Source of the DNA: Clostridiales bacterium
Lineage (GTDB): Bacteria > Bacillota > Clostridia > Lachnospirales > Lachnospiraceae
Assembly: GCA_018365455.1 (NCBI GenBank)
Contig: JAGZJZ010000008.1
Location: forward strand, 21,366 to 85,365
Direction of reading: 5' to 3'
DNA: 64,000 bases
Below are positions 39,723-49,830 of this stretch, one piece after another; position 1 is the stretch's first letter; each line of letters starts with the position of its first letter. The notes below the pieces were generated by a model. The model was not told the origin of the DNA. It worked only from the letters and a program-made list of their open reading frames with translations, and did not search any database. The position numbers and the translations under genes are program-made.

Positions 39723-40406
39723 ATGATTGGAACGATTGTAAATACAGGTACGATTCTGGCAGGCTGCGTAATCGGAAGTCTGTTAAAGAAGGGAATTAAA
39801 GAAGAATATCAGGGAGCTCTGTTTAACGCCATGGGTCTGGCTGCAGCGGGACTTGGCATTAATGCAATTGTACAGAATATGCCAAAGAGCCAGTTCCCGG
39901 TATTGTTTATTATCAGTCTGGCAATTGGCAGCCTGCTTGGTACAATGCTGGATATTGATGGAAGGTTTGCGCGGTTAACGAATAAATTTTCCAGCAGCAA
40001 TCTGGGGCAGGGGCTGGCTACCGGAATTTTATTATTCTGTATTGGTACCTTATCCATACTGGGACCGATGGAAAGTGCCCTCCATGGAGATAATACTTAC
40101 TTATTCACCAATGCTGCGCTGGATTTTGTGACTTCTATGGTACTTGCTTCTACATATGGAATCGGGATGGCAATTACTGCTGGGGTATTGTTCGTGTGGC
40201 AGGGAAGTATTTATCTGGGGGCAGGACTATTGTCTGGTTTCTTAACACCGGAACTTTTGACGGAGATCTCCATAGTGGGTGGGTTTCTCATTGCCAGTTC
40301 GGGACTTTCTATATTAAAAATAAAAGATTGTAAAGCTCTGAATATGCTGCCGGCATTGCTTGTGCCGCCTGTCTGGTTTTTATTACAGGGATTTTTTTTG
40401 AATTAA
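39723..40406 (+). CDS. DUF554 family membrane protein
   Basis: 'MIGTIVNTGTILAGCVIGSLLKKGI' is the typical DUF554 N-terminus. The ORF track starts at 39699. Confidence 0.6.
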   Translation: MIGTIVNTGTILAGCVIGSLLKKGIKEEYQGALFNAMGLAAAGLGINAIVQNMPKSQFPVLFIISLAIGSLLGTMLDIDGRFARLTNKFSSSNLGQGLATGILLFCIGTLSILGPMESALHGDNTYLFTNAALDFVTSMVLASTYGIGMAITAGVLFVWQGSIYLGAGLLSGFLTPELLTEISIVGGFLIASSGLSILKIKDCKALNMLPALLVPPVWFLLQGFFLN

Positions 40407-40529
40407 AAATTTTATTGATGTTGACAAGAAAATCATACCAATCCAGTATAAATAGCGGTTTAAAGCCTGGAAGCTGCAATCCAAAATTATGAATCAAAAA
40501 ATATTTCCAAAAATTTATTGAAAAAAAGG

Positions 40530-40558
40530 TTGAAATGTGTCGGCGGATATGGTAGAAT
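40530..40558 (+). promoter_or_regulatory. sigma-A type promoter for carAB (TTGAAA-17-TAGAAT, TG-extended)
   Basis: The hexamers and spacing match the consensus. The promoter is followed by a ~280-nt leader. Confidence 0.4.
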
Positions 40559-40595
40559 CTTAACAATTTGAGAACCTATAGTGTGGTGATACAAA

Positions 40596-40705
40596 GAAGT
40601 CTGAATTTGGTTTCAGACTTCCAAGTTTGACTCGAGGGGGAGCGCATGGCAAAATTTTGCGGCTATAGGAGCCTGAGATTTTAGTGGCGTTCTCTTTTTT
40701 TTTGC
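40596..40705 (+). promoter_or_regulatory. structured carAB leader: 10-bp perfect hairpin (gaagtctgaa/ttcagacttc) plus downstream T9 tract - candidate attenuator
   Basis: Inverted repeat at 40596-40621. G-rich segment 'gagggggagcgc'. T-run at 40695-40703, ahead of carA at 40839. Confidence 0.3.
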
Positions 40706-40838
40706 GCGAAGATAGGAACGAAAGTTACTATTCACAGTCAGGAATGCGTTGAACTGCGCATTTCGTGAGAACATGATTCAGTATTTTCGCACAAAATGGT
40801 TACTATAATTATAAGAAAAAGAAAGGGCAAGGTGGCAT

Positions 40839-41912
40839 ATGAAAGCTTTTCTAATATTAGAAGATGGCACTGTATTTACCGGAACCAGTATCGGCGCCGA
40901 AAAGGAAATGATCAGTGAGATCGTATTTAATACATCCATGACAGGATATCTGGAGGTTCTGACAGATCCCTCTTATGCAGGGCAGGCAGTGGTAATGACT
41001 TACCCGCTGATTGGCAACTATGGTATCTGCCATGAGGATATGGAATCTGCAAGGCCATGGCCGGATGGATACATTGTGCGTGAGTTATCCAGGATTCCAA
41101 GCAATTTCAGAAGTGAAGGAACCATTCAGGAATTTCTGAAAAAGCATGATATACCGGGGATTGCAGGAATTGATACCAGAGCGCTTACGAAGATTCTTCG
41201 TGAAAAAGGTACCATGAACGGCATGATTACCACGAATGAGCATTATCATATAGAAGAGATCATCCCCAGATTAAAAGCATACACTACAGGAAAAGTTGTA
41301 GAAAAAGTTTCCTGCAGGGAAAAATATGTCCTGGAAGGGAATGGCCCGAAAGTTGCCCTGTTAGATTTAGGAGCGAAGAGAAATATAGCACGTTCATTGA
41401 ACCAGCTTGGATGTGAAGTGACGGTATATCCGGCACTGACTCCGGCAAGTGAGATCATGGCATCTAATCCGGATGGCATTATGCTTTCTAACGGACCTGG
41501 AGATCCCAAAGAGTGTACTTCTATTATAGAAGAAATCAAGAAGTTATACCATTCTGAGATTCCAATTTTCGCAATCTGTCTTGGACATCAGTTAATGGCA
41601 CTGGCTACCGGTGCAGATACCCATAAAATGAAATACGGACATCGCGGCGGCAATCATCCGGTGAAAGATCTGGCTACAGGAAGAGTATACATTTCTTCGC
41701 AGAATCATGGTTACGTGGTTGATACCGACAATTTGGATCCAGATGTTGCGGTACCGGCTTTTGTAAATGTAAATGATGGTACTAACGAAGGATTGGCATA
41801 CACAGGTAAGAATATCTTTACCGTACAGTTCCATCCGGAGGCTTGTCCGGGACCGTTAGATTCCGGATACTTATTTGACCGGTTTATGAAAATGATGGAG
41901 GTGACAAAATAA
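40839..41912 (+). CDS. carA: carbamoyl-phosphate synthase small (glutamine amidotransferase) subunit
   Basis: GATase catalytic triad context 'ICLGHQL' and the CarA N-domain. Confidence 0.9.
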   Translation: MKAFLILEDGTVFTGTSIGAEKEMISEIVFNTSMTGYLEVLTDPSYAGQAVVMTYPLIGNYGICHEDMESARPWPDGYIVRELSRIPSNFRSEGTIQEFLKKHDIPGIAGIDTRALTKILREKGTMNGMITTNEHYHIEEIIPRLKAYTTGKVVEKVSCREKYVLEGNGPKVALLDLGAKRNIARSLNQLGCEVTVYPALTPASEIMASNPDGIMLSNGPGDPKECTSIIEEIKKLYHSEIPIFAICLGHQLMALATGADTHKMKYGHRGGNHPVKDLATGRVYISSQNHGYVVDTDNLDPDVAVPAFVNVNDGTNEGLAYTGKNIFTVQFHPEACPGPLDSGYLFDRFMKMMEVTK

Positions 41913-44900
41913 TGCCAAAGAATCCTGAAATTAAAAAAGTATTAGTTATCGGATCAGGTCCGATTATTATCGGACAGGCAGCGGAGTTTGATTATGCAGG
42001 TACACAGGCCTGCCGCTCCCTGAAAGAAGAAGGATTAGAAGTTGTACTGCTGAATTCCAATCCGGCTACGATTATGACAGATAAGCAGATTGCTGATAAA
42101 GTATATATAGAACCACTTACAACAGAAGTTGTGAAACAGTTGATTTTAAAAGAAAGACCGGACAGCGTACTGCCCACCCTTGGCGGACAGGCAGGTCTGA
42201 ATCTGGCAATGGAGCTGGATGAGGAAGGCTTCTTTGAAAAGAACAATGTAAAATTAATCGGTACCACCTCTATGACGATAAAAAAAGCGGAAGACCGTCT
42301 GGAGTTTAAGAGCACGATGGAAAAAATCGGAGAGCCGGTTGCAGCTTCCATGGTTGTGGAAAATATTGAGGACGGTATTGCCTTTGCAAACACCATTGGT
42401 TATCCCATCGTTTTAAGACCGGCTTATACACTGGGCGGCAGCGGCGGCGGTATTGCCGCAAATGTGGAGGAACTGGTTGAGATTCTGGGAAATGGTCTGC
42501 GTTTGAGCCGTGTAGGACAGGTATTGGTAGAACGCTGTATCTCCGGATGGAAAGAAATTGAATATGAAGTAATGCGTGACAGCGCAGGAAACGTTATTAC
42601 CGTTTGTAATATGGAAAATTTAGATCCGGTAGGCGTACACACCGGAGACAGTATCGTAGTAGCGCCGTCACAGACACTGGGTGATAAGGAATACCAGATG
42701 CTCCGTACCTCAGCCCTGAATATTATCAGTGAACTGGAGATCACCGGAGGCTGTAACGTTCAGTATGCATTGCATCCAACCAGCTTTGAATATTGTGTAA
42801 TTGAGGTGAATCCGCGAGTTAGCCGTTCTTCGGCGTTGGCATCCAAAGCAACCGGATATCCAATTGCGAAAGTTGCAGCTAAAATCGCCCTGGGATACAC
42901 GCTGGATGAAATAAAGAATGCCATAACGGGAAAAACATATGCCAGTTTTGAACCTATGCTGGACTATTGTGTAGTGAAAATTCCAAGACTTCCGTTTGAT
43001 AAATTCATCAGTGCGAAGAGAACACTTACCACGCAGATGAAAGCAACCGGAGAAGTAATGAGCATCTGCAATAACTTTGAAGGTGCACTCATGAAAGCAA
43101 TCCGTTCCCTGGAACAGCATGTGGACAGCTTAATGTCATATGATTTCTCAAATCTTCATGGGGATGACCTGTTAAAGCAGCTTGGTAAAATTGATGACAG
43201 GAGAATCTGGGTGATTGCAGAGGCAATCCGCCAGGGCGTTTCCTATGAGGTCATTCATGATATTACCAAGATTGATATCTGGTTCATTGATAAACTTGCT
43301 ATCTTAGTTGAAATGGAAGAGGCACTTAAGACGCAGGAATTCACAACCGAATTACTGGAAGAAGCAAAACGCATTGAATTCCCGGATAATGTAATTGCAG
43401 CTCTTACCGGCAAGACCGAAAAAGAGATCCGTGATATGCGTTATGAAAACGGCATTGTTGCAGCATATAAGATGGTAGATACCTGTGCAGCTGAATTTGC
43501 AGCAAGCACGCCATATTATTACTCGGTATTCGGCAGTGAAAATGAAGCAATTGAAACCAACGACCGTAAAAAGGTTCTGGTATTAGGATCCGGTCCTATT
43601 AGAATCGGACAGGGGATTGAATTCGACTTCTGCTCTGTACATTGTACCTGGGCATTTTCGAAAGAAGGTTATGAGACCATTATTGTAAATAATAATCCGG
43701 AAACGGTTAGTACCGATTTTGATATTGCAGATAAACTCTATTTTGAACCGCTGACACCGGAAGATGTGGAAAATATCGTGCGTTTTGAAAAGCCGGACGG
43801 AGCGGTGGTACAGTTTGGCGGGCAGACTGCCATTAAGCTTACGGAAGCGCTGATGAAAATGGGTGTGCCGATTCTGGGTACTTCCGCTGAAAATGTGGAT
43901 GCGGCTGAAGACAGGGAACTGTTTGACAAAATTCTGGAAGAATGCCAGATTCCAAGACCGGCAGGTCATACGGTATTCACAGCTGAAGAGGCGAAGAAAG
44001 CGGCTAATGAACTGGGGTATCCCGTTCTGGTAAGACCTTCTTACGTATTGGGCGGTCAGGGAATGCAGATCGCAATCAATGACGAAGATGTGGATGAATT
44101 TATCGGTATCATCAACCGTATCGCTCAGGAGCATCCGATTCTGGTGGATAAATACCTGGTTGGGAAAGAAATCGAAGTGGATGCGGTATGCGATGGAGAT
44201 GATATATTAATACCGGGAATCATGGAGCATATTGAGCGGGCAGGCATTCATTCCGGTGACAGTATTTCGGTATATCCGGCACAGAGCCTGGGTGAAAATG
44301 TTAAGGCTAAGATCGAAGATTATACGAAAAAGCTGGCACAGTCCCTGCATGTAATCGGATTGATTAATATCCAGTTTATTGTGTGCCAGGAAGAAGTATA
44401 TGTAATTGAAGTAAATCCCCGTTCCAGCCGAACCGTGCCTTATATCAGCAAAGTTACCGGAATTCCAATTGTACCTCTTGCCACGAAAGTCATCTTAGGT
44501 GCGAAGATAAAAGATCTGGGATATAAAGCAGGATTACAGCCGGAAGCCGATTATATAGCAATTAAGATGCCGGTATTCTCTTTTGAAAAAATCCGCGGTG
44601 CCGATATCAGCCTGGGCCCGGAAATGAAATCCACAGGAGAATGCTTAGGTATTGCGAAAACCTTTGATGAAGCACTTTACAAAGCATTTCTTGGTGCCGG
44701 CATAAACCTTCCGAAATATAAGAATATGATTATGACTGTGAAGGATGCAGACAAAGAAGATGCAGTAGAGATTGGAAGAAGATTTGAAGCAATCGGTTAT
44801 AAAATATACGCAACCAGAAGTACGGCGAAGAAATTAAATGAAAACGGCGTTCATGCAATCCGTATTAATAAAATTGAGCAGGAATCACCAAACTTAATGG

Positions 44901-45109
44901 ATTTAATACTGGGACATGAAATTGATCTGGTTATCGATACACCATCACCAGGGGTGGAACGTGCAAAGGATGGTTTCCTGATCCGCCGCAATGCCATTGA
45001 AACCGGCGTAAATGTGCTGACTTCTCTGGATACGGCAGAAGCTTTGATTACCAGTCTGGAAAATACAGACATAGAAAAGCTTACATTAATTGATATAGCA
45101 ACTGTTTAA
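41912..45109 (+). CDS. carB: carbamoyl-phosphate synthase large subunit
   Basis: 1065 aa with duplicated ATP-grasp domains and a C-terminal MGS-like domain. The start overlaps the carA stop. Confidence 0.92.
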   Translation: MPKNPEIKKVLVIGSGPIIIGQAAEFDYAGTQACRSLKEEGLEVVLLNSNPATIMTDKQIADKVYIEPLTTEVVKQLILKERPDSVLPTLGGQAGLNLAMELDEEGFFEKNNVKLIGTTSMTIKKAEDRLEFKSTMEKIGEPVAASMVVENIEDGIAFANTIGYPIVLRPAYTLGGSGGGIAANVEELVEILGNGLRLSRVGQVLVERCISGWKEIEYEVMRDSAGNVITVCNMENLDPVGVHTGDSIVVAPSQTLGDKEYQMLRTSALNIISELEITGGCNVQYALHPTSFEYCVIEVNPRVSRSSALASKATGYPIAKVAAKIALGYTLDEIKNAITGKTYASFEPMLDYCVVKIPRLPFDKFISAKRTLTTQMKATGEVMSICNNFEGALMKAIRSLEQHVDSLMSYDFSNLHGDDLLKQLGKIDDRRIWVIAEAIRQGVSYEVIHDITKIDIWFIDKLAILVEMEEALKTQEFTTELLEEAKRIEFPDNVIAALTGKTEKEIRDMRYENGIVAAYKMVDTCAAEFAASTPYYYSVFGSENEAIETNDRKKVLVLGSGPIRIGQGIEFDFCSVHCTWAFSKEGYETIIVNNNPETVSTDFDIADKLYFEPLTPEDVENIVRFEKPDGAVVQFGGQTAIKLTEALMKMGVPILGTSAENVDAAEDRELFDKILEECQIPRPAGHTVFTAEEAKKAANELGYPVLVRPSYVLGGQGMQIAINDEDVDEFIGIINRIAQEHPILVDKYLVGKEIEVDAVCDGDDILIPGIMEHIERAGIHSGDSISVYPAQSLGENVKAKIEDYTKKLAQSLHVIGLINIQFIVCQEEVYVIEVNPRSSRTVPYISKVTGIPIVPLATKVILGAKIKDLGYKAGLQPEADYIAIKMPVFSFEKIRGADISLGPEMKSTGECLGIAKTFDEALYKAFLGAGINLPKYKNMIMTVKDADKEDAVEIGRRFEAIGYKIYATRSTAKKLNENGVHAIRINKIEQESPNLMDLILGHEIDLVIDTPSPGVERAKDGFLIRRNAIETGVNVLTSLDTAEALITSLENTDIEKLTLIDIATV

Positions 45110-45123
45110 AACTTAAGAAAGAA

Positions 45124-45178
45124 GAGTCTGGATCTGAATAACAGGGATTTCCTGAAATTAGTATCCAGACTTTTTTAA
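45124..45178 (+). terminator. terminator after carB (stem gtctggat/atccagac + T-run)
   Basis: 8-bp stem with a long loop, followed by TTTTTT. Confidence 0.45.
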
Positions 45179-45433
45179 TTTTTTTGGAAGAAATTACTAT
45201 AGAAGCAAATCTCGCTGTTAAAATCATCCAAATAAATCTATAAAAAGATGCGAGATTTATATAATTGTTTTTATCAACTTTTTCAGCTTGTAGATAGTGC
45301 ATAAGAATAATCTAACAAGATTGTTAAAATGTGTTATGATATTTACACAATTTTAACTTGCTTTTTTACTTTGAAAAGGCTACAATGAAAAAGGTAGCAA
45401 AAAGGTTAAGCAAAAGCCAGGAGGCCAAATCCA

Positions 45434-46027
45434 TTGAGAAAAAAATCTCATATCTCGGTAGCGAGATATATTGTTAATAATCTGAACACCCAGGAGCTTG
45501 ATAACCATAAGAAAGCATTTTATCTGGGAAGTATACTTCCAGACTGTAAGCCTTCTTTTTTGACTAAGAAACATGAGTTTTTTGGAACATTTGATCAGGT
45601 ACGTGAGGATATCCGTAATCTTACGGAGGATTGTGATATATTTGGAAGAAATGAACGGGTATACTGGAGGCGTATTGGAGAAGTGATCCATTATGTAGCT
45701 GACTATTTTACATTTCCCCATAATGATACTTATGATGGAAATTTAAAAGATCATTGTATTTATGAAAAACATTTGAAAAAATATTTAAAAGAGTATATCA
45801 AAAGTGGAGAAGCATTAAGACAGCAGAAAGAGATGAAGACTTTCAAAACCGCAGAAGCGCTGTTCCATTTTATAGAAACTTCACATCAGGAATATCTGAA
45901 ATTCAAGCGTTCCGTGGAAGAGGATGTGAAATACATTATTTCGCTTTGCCAGCAGGTTGTCGTGTCAATCGTGCAGCTGCTGAATATAAGAGTCGGTCAA
46001 ATCGCACGTAATTATGCAATCGCATAG
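45434..46027 (+). CDS. zinc-dependent phospholipase C family-like protein (tentative)
   Basis: 197 aa. The 'KKSHISVARYIV...LGSILPD' His-rich N-terminus resembles short Zn_dep_PLPC-family proteins. TTG start with RBS 'caggagg'. Confidence 0.4.
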   Translation: MRKKSHISVARYIVNNLNTQELDNHKKAFYLGSILPDCKPSFLTKKHEFFGTFDQVREDIRNLTEDCDIFGRNERVYWRRIGEVIHYVADYFTFPHNDTYDGNLKDHCIYEKHLKKYLKEYIKSGEALRQQKEMKTFKTAEALFHFIETSHQEYLKFKRSVEEDVKYIISLCQQVVVSIVQLLNIRVGQIARNYAIA

Positions 46028-46195
46028 AACTTTATAAAGCAAGAAATGGAAAGCAGAGACAACAGCGTCTTTGCTTTTTTGTATTTTATGACATATCTGC
46101 AAGAAATCCCTGTCGTAAAAACGACAATTTCAGACATAATAAAAATGATGACGAAATTATTGTCATCATCTGAAATCGGAAAGGAGAATGATGTT

Positions 46196-46390
46196 ATGGA
46201 ATGTACTTGCGGTCAGGAAGGAAAATCTGCTTGTTTTTCACAAAGCTGTACTTGTATTCTGGCAATGGCAACTGTACCAAAGCAGACGTTTGGAGCAGTG
46301 TATGAACCACAAGAGGCTCTGAAACGAGGAACCATATTCCCGGATCTGGATCTGCCTTTTTATGCAGGAGGTGCTGATAATGGAAGATAG
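46196..46390 (+). CDS. cotJA: spore coat-associated protein CotJA
   Basis: 'ATVPKQTFGAVYEPQEALKRGTIFPDLDLPF' is the CotJA signature. RBS 'ggaaaggaga' precedes the ATG at 46196. The upstream part of track ORF 46046-46195 is judged non-coding. Confidence 0.6.
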   Translation: MECTCGQEGKSACFSQSCTCILAMATVPKQTFGAVYEPQEALKRGTIFPDLDLPFYAGGADNGR

Positions 46391-46676
46391 GAATGCCTTG
46401 TTGAATGAACTAGATGCAGTTAGTTTCTGCGTCAATGATTTGACTCTATACCTGGATACCCATCCAACGGATACTCAGGCACTGGATCTGTTTGGGCAGT
46501 ACCTGGGGAAAAGGAAAGCGCTGATGGAAGAGTTTGAAGCGAAATTCGAACCGCTTACCATCGACTGTGTAAAGGCAGAAGGGATTCACGAAGCAAATAC
46601 GGAGTGCTCTTATGATGGACAACGTCATTTTACCTGGGTAGATGGAAGAACACCTTGGGAAGGAGGGCTTGTGTAA
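46362..46676 (+). CDS. cotJB: spore coat protein CotJB
   Basis: 'FCVNDLTLYLDTHPTDTQALDLF...FEAKFEPLT' matches CotJB. Confidence 0.7.
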   Translation: MQEVLIMEDRNALLNELDAVSFCVNDLTLYLDTHPTDTQALDLFGQYLGKRKALMEEFEAKFEPLTIDCVKAEGIHEANTECSYDGQRHFTWVDGRTPWEGGLV

Positions 46677-47284
46677 TGTGGACTTATGAAAAAAGATTAC
46701 AGTTTCCCGTAAAAATTACCCAGACCTGTCCCAAAACTGCACAATTGATAATCAGCCAGTTTGGCGGTCCAGACGGAGAGCTGGCAGCATCTATGCGGTA
46801 TCTGTCCCAGCGTTATACCATGCCGGACAAAGAGGTTGCCGGTTTATTAACCGATATTGGAACAGAAGAATTGGCGCATCTGGAAATAATATGTGCCATG
46901 ATTTACCAGCTCACAAAAAATCTTACAGTGGATGAAGCAAAAACAGCAGGGTTTGATGCCTATTATATTGACCATACCACTGCACTCTGGCCCCAGGCAG
47001 CCGGCGGAGTTCCTTTTAATGCCTGTGAGTTCCAGTCAAAAGGAGATGCTATTACAGACCTGTTTGAAGATTTGGCTGCCGAACAAAAAGCCAGAACCAC
47101 CTATGATAACATTTTGCGTCTGGTGCAAAATCCCGAGGTTAGAGAACCGATACAGTTTTTAAGAGCAAGAGAAGTTGTGCACTTCCAGAGATTTGGAGAG
47201 GCACTGGAGAAAACAAAAGAAAAACTGGATTCTAATAATTATTATTATACGAATCCGGAGTTTGACAAATTTCAGGTGCATTAA
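46655..47284 (+). CDS. cotJC: spore coat protein CotJC (manganese-catalase family)
   Basis: 'YEKRLQFPVKI...QFGGPDGELAASMRYLSQRY' and the ferritin-like Mn-catalase fold motifs (E..H). Confidence 0.8.
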   Translation: MGRRACVMWTYEKRLQFPVKITQTCPKTAQLIISQFGGPDGELAASMRYLSQRYTMPDKEVAGLLTDIGTEELAHLEIICAMIYQLTKNLTVDEAKTAGFDAYYIDHTTALWPQAAGGVPFNACEFQSKGDAITDLFEDLAAEQKARTTYDNILRLVQNPEVREPIQFLRAREVVHFQRFGEALEKTKEKLDSNNYYYTNPEFDKFQVH

Positions 47285-47298
47285 GCGATGGAAATTGG

Positions 47299-47336
47299 AA
47301 AAGGACAAATGGATGCTGTTTGTCCTTTTCTTTTCG
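47299..47336 (+). terminator. rho-independent terminator after cotJC
   Basis: Stem aaggacaaa/tttgtcctt followed by a T-rich run. Confidence 0.5.
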
Positions 47337-47572
47337 TTACACTACCTATCGTACACATAAAGTCAAAATATCGCCCCACCCAATTTAGAAATTTCTCATA
47401 ATACTTGACATAACTTTAAATGATACATACAATTAAAGTATAGACAGACCAACTGTACAGTTTCAAATTTTACAAATTCTTTACCTGACCCACAGACAGA
47501 TTTTCCATTTGCTGCTTATAATATTTGGAGATGAACATGTAAACTTGTTTGTAATTTTCTGGAGGGATGAAG

Positions 47573-47728
47573 ATGAAGAAGAAAATAGCAATAATGGGTT
47601 TCTTGTTAATGGTATTGTGCAACGTCACAGCCTGTACACAGATAAAGACGGCTAAGGAGTCAGAACCGATAACAGAGATGGAAGCAGAAGTTAAGATTGT
47701 GATGCAGAATGCGAAAATACAAAGATGA
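47573..47728 (+). CDS. small lipoprotein (51 aa), not in ORF track
   Basis: Strong RBS 'ggaggga' 7 nt upstream of the ATG. The sequence 'MKKKIAIMGFLLMVLCNVTAC...' carries a lipobox. The overlapping minus-strand ORF 47470-47859 is judged spurious. Confidence 0.35.
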   Translation: MKKKIAIMGFLLMVLCNVTACTQIKTAKESEPITEMEAEVKIVMQNAKIQR

Positions 47729-47863
47729 TAAAATGCACAAAACAGGAAGTACAGTAAAACAGAAAACAACGATTCAGAAAAAACCGCATACAAATGCTCA
47801 GAGAAACTGGCAGATGGCAGAAAAAGAGACTGATTTCCCTCAGTCTCTTTTTTATGCATGAAT

Positions 47864-49501
47864 TTAATTATCGTCTAAATCGCCTTCTGTTGAGTATACC
47901 TGACGTTTTCTGGCCATTTCATCACTTGCAAGATATTCGTCATAAGTAGTGATCTTATCGATCAGGGCACCGCCCGGCATGATCTCCATGATACGGTTAG
48001 CTGTGGTCTGAACGATCTGGTGGTCATGGGATGCGAACATGATTGCACCCGGGAATTTGATCAGACCATTATTCAATGCGGTAATGGATTCCATGTCCAA
48101 ATGGTTGGTTGGCTCATCCAGGATCAAAACGTTTGCACCGGAAATCATCATTTTAGATAACAGGCAGCGCACTTTTTCACCACCGGATAATACCTTAACT
48201 TTTTTCACGCCGTCATCACCTGCAAAGAGCATACGTCCAAGGAAACCGCGCACGTAAGTGGCATCTTTGATTTCAGAGTATTGGGTTAACCAGTCTACGA
48301 TAATGTAGTCATTGTCGAATTCTTTGGTACTGTCCTTAGGGAAATAAGCCTGGGAAGTGGTAATTCCCCATTTATAAGATCCGGAGTCCGGTTCCATTTC
48401 GCCCATTAAAATTTTGAAAAGAACCGTTTTTGCCAGTTCGTTTCCGCCTACCAGTGCAACTTTATCGTCATGATTTAATGTAAAGGACAGGTTGTCCAGG
48501 ATCTTCACGCCTTCGATTGTCTTGGAAAGACCTTCTACGGTCAGAACTTCATTACCGATCTCGCGGCTTGGACGGAAATCAATATATGGATATTTACGGC
48601 TGGAAGGACGAATGGTATCCAGCTCGATTTTTTCCAAAGCACGTTTTCTGGAAGTAGCCTGTTTGGATTTAGAAGCATTTGCACTGAATCGGGAGATAAA
48701 GTCCTGTAATTCTTTGATCTTATCTTCTTTTTTCTTGTTTGCTTCTTTCATCTGTTTGATCAGCAGCTGGCTGGATTCATACCAGAAATCGTAGTTTCCG
48801 GCATAGAGCTGAATCTTACCATAGTCGATATCAGCAGTATGGGTACATACCTTATTCAGGAAATAACGGTCATGGGATACCACGATAACCGTATTTTCAA
48901 AGTTGATCAGGAACTCTTCCAGCCATTCAATTGCATCCAGATCCAAATGGTTAGTAGGCTCATCCAGAAGAAGGATGTCAGGATTACCGAATAATGCCTG
49001 AGCCAGAAGCACCTTCACTTTTTCGCTACCCTTAAGATCTCTCATGATTGCATAGTGGAGATCCGTTTCAATACCTAGTCCGTTTAATAACTGGGCTGCA
49101 TCAGATTCTGATTCCCACCCGTTCATTTCGGCAAATTCGCCTTCCAGTTCACTTGCCCGGATACCATCTTCTTCTGTAAAATCTTCTTTTGCGTAGATGG
49201 CTTCTTTTTCTTTCATAATCTCATACAGTCTCTTGTTACCCATAATGACAGTATCCAGTACAGAATACTCATCATATTTAAAATGATCCTGTTGTAAGAA
49301 AGAGAGACGCTGACCCGGTGTGATAACAATATCACCCTGGGTTGTATCTAACTGTCCGGATAAAATTTTTAAGAATGTAGATTTACCGGCACCATTGGCA
49401 CCGATTAAACCATAGCAGTTTCCTTCTGTAAATTTAATGTTTACATCTTCAAACAACGCCTTTTTACCAATTCGAAGTGTTACATTATTAGCACTTATCA
49501 T
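47864..49501 (-). CDS. ABC-F family ATPase (two ABC domains, no TMD)
   Basis: Two Walker A motifs ('GANGAGKST', 'GGNELAKT'-like), two signature motifs and two Walker B motifs, joined by a charged linker. Confidence 0.85.
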   Translation of the reverse strand: MISANNVTLRIGKKALFEDVNIKFTEGNCYGLIGANGAGKSTFLKILSGQLDTTQGDIVITPGQRLSFLQQDHFKYDEYSVLDTVIMGNKRLYEIMKEKEAIYAKEDFTEEDGIRASELEGEFAEMNGWESESDAAQLLNGLGIETDLHYAIMRDLKGSEKVKVLLAQALFGNPDILLLDEPTNHLDLDAIEWLEEFLINFENTVIVVSHDRYFLNKVCTHTADIDYGKIQLYAGNYDFWYESSQLLIKQMKEANKKKEDKIKELQDFISRFSANASKSKQATSRKRALEKIELDTIRPSSRKYPYIDFRPSREIGNEVLTVEGLSKTIEGVKILDNLSFTLNHDDKVALVGGNELAKTVLFKILMGEMEPDSGSYKWGITTSQAYFPKDSTKEFDNDYIIVDWLTQYSEIKDATYVRGFLGRMLFAGDDGVKKVKVLSGGEKVRCLLSKMMISGANVLILDEPTNHLDMESITALNNGLIKFPGAIMFASHDHQIVQTTANRIMEIMPGGALIDKITTYDEYLASDEMARKRQVYSTEGDLDDN

Positions 49502-49830
49502 GTTCTCGAACCTCTTTTTATCTTTCTATATAAAAATCATATTGCATAGTCCCTTCTATTGTAACCGAAAATTGGAAAAATGCAAGGGGAAATATATTTA
49601 AAAAAATCATTCTTCATTTTTCGCCGAATCGTGACTTATTCTGCGTTATTTTCCTTAGAAATCATAGGACAAAAACGATATTTCCATACAAAACGACAAA
49701 TTCAGACAAAGTAAAAAAAATCATAAGAATTTCAGCCAGTTTATTAAGTTGTATTTGTTGATAAAATGTTCTATAATGAAAAACAAAAAATGATTTGGAA
49801 AATAGTGCCATTGACAGGAGGGGATCAGAT

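Noticed and set aside
40560-40838. T-box or known riboswitch in the carA leader
   Set aside because: No T-box 'AGGGUGGNACCGCG' motif or specifier-loop architecture is present, and no recognizable riboswitch core. The region is kept only as an uncharacterized structured leader.
41992-44134. Minus-strand ORFs (up to 183 aa) inside carB
   Set aside because: carB is unambiguous at 1065 aa with duplicated ATP-grasp domains. The antisense ORFs are incidental.
46046-46195. N-terminal 50 codons of track ORF 46046..46390 as part of cotJA
   Set aside because: CotJA homology begins at the internal Met at 46196, which has a strong RBS. The upstream part has no RBS, contains a hairpin and is probably the promoter or leader.
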